Positions 45,207 to 52,639 of a DNA stretch of 52,698 nt are shown one piece after another. The notes below the pieces were generated by a model. It worked only from the letters and a program-made list of their open reading frames with translations, was not told the DNA's origin and did no database searches. The position numbers were made by a program, and so were the translations under genes. The first letter of the stretch is position 1, and each line of letters starts with the position of its first letter. Source of the DNA: a virus (lineage: Duplodnaviria; Caudoviricetes); the IMG/VR virus record IMGVR_UViG_3300025102_000043, positions 1 to 52,698 of that record; one strand, written 5' to 3'.

Positions 45207-46235
45207 ATGAAAAGAATAATAATACTGTTACTAATGGTAAACATTTGTGCACAAGCACAAATCCAAGATTTTTTTAAATACTCAACTGTATATACATCAA
45301 TGACAATGAACACATCTTTTATTGAAAGAGATGATTATATAGCTGTGCAAAAAGGATATGAGGATGTAACACAAGTTAATCCTTATGATTATAATTTAAC
45401 AATAGGTTTAAGAAAAATAGCAAGATTTGATTATGAGTACAAGGTTAAGACATGGTATTATGGCACTGAAAAAGGTGTTGCAGACAATGTTACTATTGGT
45501 AACGCTGTTGGTTGGGAGTATTTATTTAATTATTCATTTATACGTAATCGTGGGGATAAGTATACTGAACAAAATTACTGGATTAGATACTTGGGAAATT
45601 GGTGTGTTACCAAAGTCCAATACAAAGACAATCAAAGAGTAGATTTAAGATATAACTCTTTTGATACTAGATTTAGATTAGCTAAAGGTAATTGGGATTT
45701 AACTTTAGGTGGTGTATTTAGAATGCATAACCCATATGGAATTAGCCCTATAGAAGATTTTTGGACACCAGGAGAACAGTCTTTTAAACAACTAGCTGAA
45801 TCCTTTGGTTATAGTACAGAGTTTGTTAATGGTGATTGGCACTGGTTTAACGATGGAGAGTTAATAGCTACATCTGATGACGAGTTCTATAAACATTATT
45901 TTGGAAATGCAGTTGCATCATATAATGAAAGAGAATTAGAAAAACTTGGTATGCAAAAACAGTTGAGTGCTGTCATAGGTGTAGCATATTATAAGTATAC
46001 AGATAGAATGTGGTTACATACGTGGATTAATTGTATGCCTTTTCATTATGGTTTAGATGATTATTCTTTTGAATATGGTATAGAAGATTATGATAATATA
46101 GAGTGGGACGCTGGTATTGTTCTTGGTTCTCGTATAACTAAGCATTTAGGTTTATTTATAGAAGGAACACACATGCGTTATTGGATGAAACCAGTATATG
46201 AAGTGAAGTTTGGTTTTAATTATTTAATATTTTAA
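45207..46235 (+). CDS. Probable outer-membrane beta-barrel protein
   Basis: Signal peptide AQA|Q; aromatic-rich amphipathic strands; C-terminal YEVKFGFNYLIF with terminal Phe. Confidence 0.7.
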   Translation: MKRIIILLLMVNICAQAQIQDFFKYSTVYTSMTMNTSFIERDDYIAVQKGYEDVTQVNPYDYNLTIGLRKIARFDYEYKVKTWYYGTEKGVADNVTIGNAVGWEYLFNYSFIRNRGDKYTEQNYWIRYLGNWCVTKVQYKDNQRVDLRYNSFDTRFRLAKGNWDLTLGGVFRMHNPYGISPIEDFWTPGEQSFKQLAESFGYSTEFVNGDWHWFNDGELIATSDDEFYKHYFGNAVASYNERELEKLGMQKQLSAVIGVAYYKYTDRMWLHTWINCMPFHYGLDDYSFEYGIEDYDNIEWDAGIVLGSRITKHLGLFIEGTHMRYWMKPVYEVKFGFNYLIF

Positions 46236-46237
46236 TT

Positions 46238-46882
46238 ATGAGAAAAAGTATTTTTATTTTATTTGTATTGTTAAGTTGGTTTTGTAAAGGTCAGGGTTAT
46301 GATTTTCAACAATTATGTTTAGACTGTGCCACTCAGGGTGGTTATTATTGTGGAGACGACCCAGCTAATTGGACTCAATATGCTCCTGATGGATGTGTTC
46401 AGACAGCATGGTTAAATGATTCATGGGAAGATTGTGTAGACGCAGGTGATGAGAATGGAGCTGTTCCAACTACTCCATTAGATTGTGCTCCTGATGAAAT
46501 TCCTTGCGATACTATTTTTGTAGATATTCCTGTAATTGAATATGAATACATATACGAAACAGACACAATTATTCAAATTGAAACAGTAATAGAAGTAGAA
46601 TATACGTATATTACAGATACAGTAACAGTTTATGAAGATGTATTAGACACTATGTTTATAGATGTTATAGAATATGTTGAGATATTTGTTATTGATACAA
46701 TAGTAGAATTTGAAACAGAATATTTAGATTGTGAAACAGGTATGCCATGTAATACTTCTATTCCTGAAATATTAGAAAAATCAGAAAATGATGGTCGTAT
46801 GTATAACATTCTAGGTCAACCAATACAAAGACCAGAAAGTATATACATACACGATGGTAAACTTAAATACATATTAAACTAA
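46238..46882 (+). CDS. Secreted Cys-rich protein with LDLa-like motif and T9SS CTD-like tail
   Basis: Signal peptide CKG|Q; CVQTAWLNDSWEDCVDAGDE; DT[IVM] repeats; C-terminal YNILGQPIQRPESIYIHDGK. Confidence 0.65.
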   Translation: MRKSIFILFVLLSWFCKGQGYDFQQLCLDCATQGGYYCGDDPANWTQYAPDGCVQTAWLNDSWEDCVDAGDENGAVPTTPLDCAPDEIPCDTIFVDIPVIEYEYIYETDTIIQIETVIEVEYTYITDTVTVYEDVLDTMFIDVIEYVEIFVIDTIVEFETEYLDCETGMPCNTSIPEILEKSENDGRMYNILGQPIQRPESIYIHDGKLKYILN

Positions 46883-47241
46883 TGTATACTTATAAAGCAA
46901 AGTTAGATAGAGTTGTTGATGGAGATACTATAGATGTAAATATAGACCTAGGTTTTGATATATCAGTTCATAAGAGAGTTAGATTAGCAGGTATAGATAC
47001 TCCTGAGAGTAGAACTAGAGACTTAGAGGAAAAAAAACGTGGCTTAGCTGCTAAGGATAGATTAATAGAAATACTTGATAAAGGTGATTTACAGGTAGAA
47101 AGTAAAGAGGTTGGTAAATATGGTAGAGTTTTAGGTGTATTAACTATATATCCTGACAATCTAGGTTTACCAATTAATGTTAACGACACATTGGTGAGTG
47201 AAGGTCATGCAGTTGAGTATAATGGTGGTAAAAAGAAATAA
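46882..47241 (+). CDS. Thermonuclease (SNase-like) protein
   Basis: RVVDGDTID...RVRLAGIDTPE...GKYGRVLG...LVSEGHAV.Y. Confidence 0.9.
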   Translation: MYTYKAKLDRVVDGDTIDVNIDLGFDISVHKRVRLAGIDTPESRTRDLEEKKRGLAAKDRLIEILDKGDLQVESKEVGKYGRVLGVLTIYPDNLGLPINVNDTLVSEGHAVEYNGGKKK

Positions 47242-47243
47242 TT

Positions 47244-47465
47244 ATGAATATATTTAGAAATGATAATAATTGGAATGAGAAAGCTATAATAGGTTTTGTA
47301 GCATTTCTTATTATGTGTTTAATAATGGTTGCTGATTTAGTAACAGGATGGGTTGGAAAAGACCTCATCATCAATAAATTCGTTTACGACAGTTTTGTTT
47401 GGGTTGTGCTTGGATGTTTTGGAATCAGTGGTGTAGAAAAATTTGCAGGTAATGGCAAAAAGTAG
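47244..47465 (+). CDS. Two-TM small membrane protein, holin-like
   Basis: Two hydrophobic segments and a basic C-terminus. Confidence 0.6.
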   Translation: MNIFRNDNNWNEKAIIGFVAFLIMCLIMVADLVTGWVGKDLIINKFVYDSFVWVVLGCFGISGVEKFAGNGKK

Positions 47466-49965
47466 AAAGTATATATCTAAAAAAAGAACCAGAAAGTTTT
47501 TCCTTGGTGGTTTAATGAAAAAAATGGCTAGTGCCAATCCATTGGCAATGGGTATTAAAGCTTTAAGAAAGAAAAAAGATGGTGGAGAAGGAGCTGAGGG
47601 GGAAGAGGTTTCTCAAAATAACGATGGAAAAATATTAAAAGTAAAAGTTCTAGGAGAAGGTGGTGGAGAGAATAAGTCTCAACTCTCAAAAGAGGCAAAG
47701 AAAGCTAAAATGGACGCTATGGCAGGTTCTTTAGGAGGAATGTCTAAACCTGGTTTTAATATAGGAATAATGAGAAAAGGTGGTGTTGTTAAAAAATCAT
47801 CAAATAAAGATAAGGATAGAAAATTTGTAATTTTAAACACCCAAGAAGAGATAGATAAAATAAATAAAGATGCAGCAGGCTTCCTGCCAGGAAAAAAAAC
47901 AAATCTTCCTGGATTTGATAAATATAATGCAAGAACTCATAAAAAAAAGAAAAAATACAAGGATGGTGGTAAAGTTTCTGATGCAAGTGATGTTAATTTA
48001 CATAGCAATAAAGGAAATACTGATGAGGGAGCTAAACTAAAGAAAGAAGAAGAAAAAAGAAAAATCCAAGAAAACGACTCTGAAAAACTTAAAAATCTTG
48101 GTAAATCCACAATTAGAGATGAGGCTATTGTTAGAGGAGGACAAGCGTTAGCTAGAAGAGCAGGAGCTACTGGAGTTAATAGGGCTTTAGGTGCTTTTGG
48201 ACCTATAGGAGCTATGGCTGGAATTAGTTACGCTATGTATGATAATTATGATGAAGCTCATGAACAAGCTTTTGGTCCTAAATTAAGAGACTTAGAAAAA
48301 ACCCATGGAAAAGAAACAAGAAAAAAGGTAGAGCAAACAACTCACACTTTTGGTGGACATGGAGCTACAGGATTTGGTCAAGGTTATAAATCAAAAATGG
48401 AAAAAGGTGGTATTATGAAAAAAAGAAAACATGTAAATAGCAATGTTGGAAGAACATTAGAATATCAAATGCTTGATGGTGCAGGAGCACTTTATGATAA
48501 AAAGTCTACAGGAAAAGTTAAAAGACTTTTAAATGAGAAAGAAAAATCTCTATATAGACAAGCAGGTAGAAAACTGCCTAAGAAAAATATATTTAATGAA
48601 GGTGGGGAAGTTTTAAATGAAATGAACGATAAAGAGGGTTACAACCAATGGAAAACAGATAGGTCTACAAGAACTAGAACAAATATATCTCCTTTAGTTT
48701 CAAGAAAACAACATCTTAATAAACATTATGAAGATAATGTAGACCCAGACTCTAAGGGGGCAGATAGAAAAAGTGAATTTGTAGAAAGAAAAAACCAAGG
48801 AACTTGGAATCAAGGTTATGGTAATCAAGATTTGATGATAGAAGCTAAAGAGGGTAGAGGAGATATAAAAAGAAGAGGTTTAGCTAGAGGATTATTTAAT
48901 AGAAAAACTGAGAAAGGTCTTGTTAAGAAAAAATACGATGACGAACTATCTAAAGACAGTGAAGTTATATCAGGAGCTAGAGCATCTAAATTTGGTTTAG
49001 GAGACTATAAAGAAGAAAAGGCAGCTGGTAGAGAGCAGAGAAAATACATTACTTCAGGTGAAGATAGTGATGGAGACCCTATAAAAACAAAAATAAAAAC
49101 AAAGGGTATAAGAGGTAGAGATATACCAACTGAGATGAATAAGGAGAAAATGATTAATGAGAATGAGAGAAAGTTTGTTGATGTTGTAGATGGTAAAAGG
49201 GTAAAGAAAAGAGGCGCTACTGCAAGCACTGCTAGAGAGTATAAAAGAAGAGGTTTAAGGAGAGTTTATACTGACCCAGATGCTGAAGGAAATGTTCAAT
49301 ATGTAGGAACTGGTGAAAGGGCAACACGAAGAGCTGATAGAGAAAGTGGCAGGGATGAGAGAAACCAAAGAAGACAAGAAAATAAAGCAATTAGACAACA
49401 AAAACAACAAGATAGAAAAGCTACAAGAAAACAAAATAGACAAGATTTTAGACAGTCTTTTGGTGGTGACCCAGGAAGCTCTTATTCTTCTGGTTCTAAT
49501 TATGGTGATTACGAGGAAGGTGGAGTTGCATTTAACAAGCCTAAAAGAACCCCAAACCATCCAAAAAAATCACATATAGTAGTTGTTAGAAAACCAGGAG
49601 GTGGTAAGAAAACAATTAGATTTGGTCAACAAGGTGTGACCACTGCTGGTAAACCAAAAGAAGGTGAATCACAAAAACAAAAAAACAGAAGAAAATCTTT
49701 CAAGGCTAGGCATGGTAAAAATATAGCAAAAGGAAAAATGTCTGCAGCCTACTGGGCTAATAAAGTTAAATGGGAAGATGGTGGAGTAAACGCACCTAAA
49801 GGTCTTCACTGGATGAAGAAAGGAGAAGGAAAATACAAACTAATGAAGCATGGCGATAAGCCATTTAAGAAACATGCAGGTGCTAGTTTAAAAGCTAAGT
49901 TTCCTATTCAAAAGAAACACAATCCTAAACAAGACGCTAGAATGGCTAAAAGAAAATACGTGTAA
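47452..49965 (+). CDS. Basic modular protein with 7 [YFMW]xxGG motifs (probable virion cargo/polyprotein); start probably ATG 47452
   Basis: FFLGG, MRKGG, YKDGG, MEKGG, FNEGG, YEEGG, WEDGG; the last modules resemble stand-alone small phage proteins. Confidence 0.75.
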   Translation: MAKSRKYISKKRTRKFFLGGLMKKMASANPLAMGIKALRKKKDGGEGAEGEEVSQNNDGKILKVKVLGEGGGENKSQLSKEAKKAKMDAMAGSLGGMSKPGFNIGIMRKGGVVKKSSNKDKDRKFVILNTQEEIDKINKDAAGFLPGKKTNLPGFDKYNARTHKKKKKYKDGGKVSDASDVNLHSNKGNTDEGAKLKKEEEKRKIQENDSEKLKNLGKSTIRDEAIVRGGQALARRAGATGVNRALGAFGPIGAMAGISYAMYDNYDEAHEQAFGPKLRDLEKTHGKETRKKVEQTTHTFGGHGATGFGQGYKSKMEKGGIMKKRKHVNSNVGRTLEYQMLDGAGALYDKKSTGKVKRLLNEKEKSLYRQAGRKLPKKNIFNEGGEVLNEMNDKEGYNQWKTDRSTRTRTNISPLVSRKQHLNKHYEDNVDPDSKGADRKSEFVERKNQGTWNQGYGNQDLMIEAKEGRGDIKRRGLARGLFNRKTEKGLVKKKYDDELSKDSEVISGARASKFGLGDYKEEKAAGREQRKYITSGEDSDGDPIKTKIKTKGIRGRDIPTEMNKEKMINENERKFVDVVDGKRVKKRGATASTAREYKRRGLRRVYTDPDAEGNVQYVGTGERATRRADRESGRDERNQRRQENKAIRQQKQQDRKATRKQNRQDFRQSFGGDPGSSYSSGSNYGDYEEGGVAFNKPKRTPNHPKKSHIVVVRKPGGGKKTIRFGQQGVTTAGKPKEGESQKQKNRRKSFKARHGKNIAKGKMSAAYWANKVKWEDGGVNAPKGLHWMKKGEGKYKLMKHGDKPFKKHAGASLKAKFPIQKKHNPKQDARMAKRKYV

Positions 49966-50267
49966 TGACTATTAATTTTATACATACAAAAGGTGTTTTG
50001 GAGAACGCTTTTAGAAAAGATTCCTTTAGACATCTTGAAGTAATATACGCATCTGGAAGCACAGGTGCTATTAGTATTTATTTTGCTGCTGAAGGAGATA
50101 TAGTTGATATGGATAAAATAATTCTTACAGTTAACAAAGACTTCATGCATATTGTTGCAGACTCTATAAAAAAATCAATATCTTCTCCAGGAGACTCTGT
50201 TGTGGAGCTTGGAGCTAAAAAGGGTATTTTCAGACAAATGATTTCTCTGACTCACGTTCCTGGTTAA
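49965..50267 (+). CDS. Hypothetical protein, possible paralog of 24707..25066
   Basis: ISIYF...DKIILTV...H....SIKKSI versus MRVYF...VIVLTV...H....DIAKAL. Confidence 0.6.
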   Translation: MTINFIHTKGVLENAFRKDSFRHLEVIYASGSTGAISIYFAAEGDIVDMDKIILTVNKDFMHIVADSIKKSISSPGDSVVELGAKKGIFRQMISLTHVPG

Positions 50268-50335
50268 AATATAGATACCACATAGACACCTATCATTATT
50301 AGAACATATATTATTTTAGATACTTCTATTTTCAT
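50264..50335 (-). CDS. Possible 23-aa single-TM peptide
   Basis: MKIEVSKIIYVLIMIGVYVVSIF; preceded by TATATTACAG, a promoter-like variant; stop overlaps the convergent gene. Confidence 0.35.
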   Translation of the reverse strand: MKIEVSKIIYVLIMIGVYVVSIF

Positions 50336-50468
50336 GCTGTAATATACATTTCTAATGTTAATAGAATGTTAAGCTAATATTTTTTTTGTGTTAAAAATTT
50401 TTTTGAGAAATTTTGAGGGTGGGTATTATATACTATTATGCTAATCCAAATTTAGAACCCCAAGTGGA

Positions 50469-50476
50469 TATATTTG
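50469..50476 (+). promoter_or_regulatory. TATATTTG element with no downstream ORF
   Basis: Exact motif pointing into the boxes and the dif-like site. Confidence 0.4.
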
Positions 50477-50500
50477 ACCCCACCCCATTAACTACATAAC

Positions 50501-50651
50501 AGAATAAGCGTTCTGATTCATACATACTATATAATAGAATGGGCGCTCTACTAATACCTATTACCCTACTTAACATAATATATATTATAAGACAATCAAC
50601 ACCAAGCATTTAGAATGAGCGTTCTGCAAAACTATTAAGAACGATTGTTCT
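50501..50651. repeat. Four 14-bp quasi-palindromic AGAA-N6-TTCT boxes
   Basis: 50501 AGAATAAGCGTTCT; 50536 AGAATGGGCGCTCT; 50612 AGAATGAGCGTTCT; 50638 AGAACGATTGTTCT. Confidence 0.75.
50568..50595 (-). other. dif-like XerC/XerD recombination site (11-6-11)
   Basis: TTGTCTTATAA-TATATA-TTATGTTAAGT versus E. coli dif GGTGCGCATAA-TGTATA-TTATGTTAAAT; XerD arm 10/11, spacer 5/6. Confidence 0.75.
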
Positions 50652-50975
50652 AGTGAGTAGTAAACACAAATGGTGTAACACCTGTACACTTTATACCAAT
50701 TATCCCCAAATCAATTTGAAGGGCATTTTAAAGCCATCTAACAGACTTTCTATCTGTTCTGAATGTCTACCATTAAAAGTTTCTGTTTCTTTATTAGAAT
50801 CATTTCCCCTCTGTTAAGTTTCTTTACATTTATGATTGTTAATAGTATTGTTAATAACTTTGTTTATTAGCTATTGACTTTATCAATTTAATGCGTTACA
50901 ATCACGCACGTACATCACACGCATACGCATCACACGTACGCACGTTCCATTAGTAGTTTGTAACACCTATTCCTT

Positions 50976-50994
50976 ATTTAGAATCATTCTAAAT
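50976..50994. promoter_or_regulatory. Perfect 9-1-9 palindrome, Fur-box-like operator
   Basis: ATTTAGAAT-C-ATTCTAAAT. Confidence 0.65.
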
Positions 50995-51033
50995 TTCATT
51001 TTTTTTTCCTCGAGTCAGAGCATTTATTTCAAA

Positions 51034-51072
51034 TACCTTTGTCGAACGTATTGTAAAAAAACATTACATTTG
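51034..51072 (+). promoter_or_regulatory. Two tandem TAnnTTTG elements (early promoter)
   Basis: TACCTTTG at 51034-51041 and TACATTTG at 51065-51072, upstream of ardC; the first TTTG may serve as the -33 element of the second. Confidence 0.65.
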
Positions 51073-51124
51073 TGGTATGAGATTGACACAAGGTTAATCA
51101 TTAACACACACTAAACAAAACATT

Positions 51125-52054
51125 ATGAAAAAAGACGTTTATCAGATTATAACAGATGAAGTAATCAAGGGATTAGAAACTCAAGGTCTAACATGGTTCA
51201 AATCATGGGCAGGGAATACAGACACAATGTGTATCAGCCATACAACAGGTAAAATTTACAGAGGTATAAATCAGTTATTATTATCAATGGCAATGATGCA
51301 ATATGACTACTCAAGTAAAGAATTTATGACCTTTAATCAAGCCAAGAAACTAGGGGGAAAGGTCAAGAAAGGTAGCACATCACATATGGTAGTTAACTGG
51401 AGAGTAGCATACTTTGTAACAGATAGCAAAGGCAAGAGAATATATCTAAAGGGCAAAAGCTTAGAAGAGTTAGTAATTCCAAAGGGTTACACCATGAGCG
51501 ATGTTGACAAGTCAATGAGTGCAAGTTATTTCAGAGTATTTAATCTGGATTCTGTTGAGGGTATTCAGGACAAATGGAATATCGATGAAGTTATTGAAGG
51601 TAGTATATTTGAGCCTATCAATGAGGCTGAACAGGTATATACTAATATGAGGAAAAAACCTCAATTAATACACCAAGATAATGTTGGTTGTTTTTACAAG
51701 CCATCTAATCATATGATTAATATGAGTACTCAAGAGACATTTACTACTCCTGATGATTATTATAAAGTTTTATTCCATGAGTTGAATCATTCAACAGGTC
51801 ACGAATCTATACTAAATAGAAAAACTTTGAACTCTCCAAATCATAACAAGGTTGCATATAGTCAAGAGGAGTTAGTAGCTGAGTTAGGAGCTATGTTTCT
51901 AACTAATCTAACAGGTATTAAACCAAAGGGAGATGATAGAAATAGTCAAGCTTATATTAATGGTTGGATAAAGCATTTAAAAGACCACCCAAAAGAAATA
52001 ATTTTTGCGAGTAGTCAAGCTCAAAAATCAGTCGAGTTTATACTTAACAGATAA
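51125..52054 (+). CDS. ardC: ArdC-family antirestriction protein (ssDNA-binding domain plus zincin-like domain)
   Basis: VYQIITD.VI..LE...W.K.W...YRGIN...FMTFNQAKKLGGKVKKG...VFN; HELNHSTGH..ILNR...YSQEELVAELGAMFL...YINGW. Confidence 0.92.
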   Translation: MKKDVYQIITDEVIKGLETQGLTWFKSWAGNTDTMCISHTTGKIYRGINQLLLSMAMMQYDYSSKEFMTFNQAKKLGGKVKKGSTSHMVVNWRVAYFVTDSKGKRIYLKGKSLEELVIPKGYTMSDVDKSMSASYFRVFNLDSVEGIQDKWNIDEVIEGSIFEPINEAEQVYTNMRKKPQLIHQDNVGCFYKPSNHMINMSTQETFTTPDDYYKVLFHELNHSTGHESILNRKTLNSPNHNKVAYSQEELVAELGAMFLTNLTGIKPKGDDRNSQAYINGWIKHLKDHPKEIIFASSQAQKSVEFILNR

Positions 52055-52069
52055 ATAATAATAGGTCAA

Positions 52070-52091
52070 GGGGGTAGCCTTAAATACCCCC
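52070..52091 (+). other. GGGGGTA...TACCCCC hairpin between early genes
   Basis: 7-bp stem, 8-nt loop, no U-tract. Confidence 0.6.
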
Positions 52092-52112
52092 AAAATTTAA
52101 AACTAAATAACT

Positions 52113-52508
52113 ATGAAAAAATTAATTGAAGGTTTAACACAAAGATTAGAAGGAACAAAAGTATATCTAATCGAATTATTAAAATCAGATGATATGATTC
52201 TAATATCTAAATCAGAATTTGATGAGGACATGGAAAGCATTAAAGACCATATAAATGAAATTAAAGCAGAGAGAGATAATGTTTATATCAATGAAGACGC
52301 AATTAGAGACGCAGTAAGTGACGTAATATATCAAATGGACGTTGATGACTCAATGATTGAGGGATTAGATGGTGTAGAAGCTGAATGTGACATGGCTTAT
52401 AATGAACTGAGTAAGATTAGAAGAAAATACGATAGTATGGACAAGAAGAAAGAAGAAGTAATAAATAGTGCAGTTAACAGAGTTATGAATAATAGTATAG
52501 ATAAATAG
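52113..52508 (+). CDS. Acidic helical early protein
   Basis: 131 aa, D/E-rich centre, A-rich start region. Confidence 0.7.
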   Translation: MKKLIEGLTQRLEGTKVYLIELLKSDDMILISKSEFDEDMESIKDHINEIKAERDNVYINEDAIRDAVSDVIYQMDVDDSMIEGLDGVEAECDMAYNELSKIRRKYDSMDKKKEEVINSAVNRVMNNSIDK

Positions 52509-52513
52509 TTAAT

Positions 52514-52618
52514 ATGGAAAATTTAAATCAACAAGAATTGATTGATAGAGTTTTATCAGGTCAATTAACACAAGATGAATTTGATAATCTAATTTATCAA
52601 GTAATGGAAAAAATGTAG
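52514..52618 (+). CDS. 34-aa early peptide (not in ORF track)
   Basis: MENLNQQELIDRVLSGQLTQDEFDNLIYQVMEKM; 5 nt after the previous stop; G.LT.DEF resembles SHOCT. Confidence 0.6.
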   Translation: MENLNQQELIDRVLSGQLTQDEFDNLIYQVMEKM

Positions 52619-52639
52619 TGTGTATTTAGTTTGGATTAT

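Noticed and set aside
42841-50150. Minus-strand and nested ORFs in the right arm
   Set aside because: Shadows of plus-strand genes; no recognisable motifs
50501-50651. Boxes as a mini-CRISPR array or host LexA sites
   Set aside because: Too short and irregularly spaced for CRISPR; only one copy matches the Gram-positive GAAC-N4-GTTC SOS box, which is not expected in a Bacteroidota host
50268-51124. tRNA or other known structured RNA in the non-coding region
   Set aside because: No cloverleaf or T-loop GTTCRA in a suitable stem context was seen; a covariance search was not run
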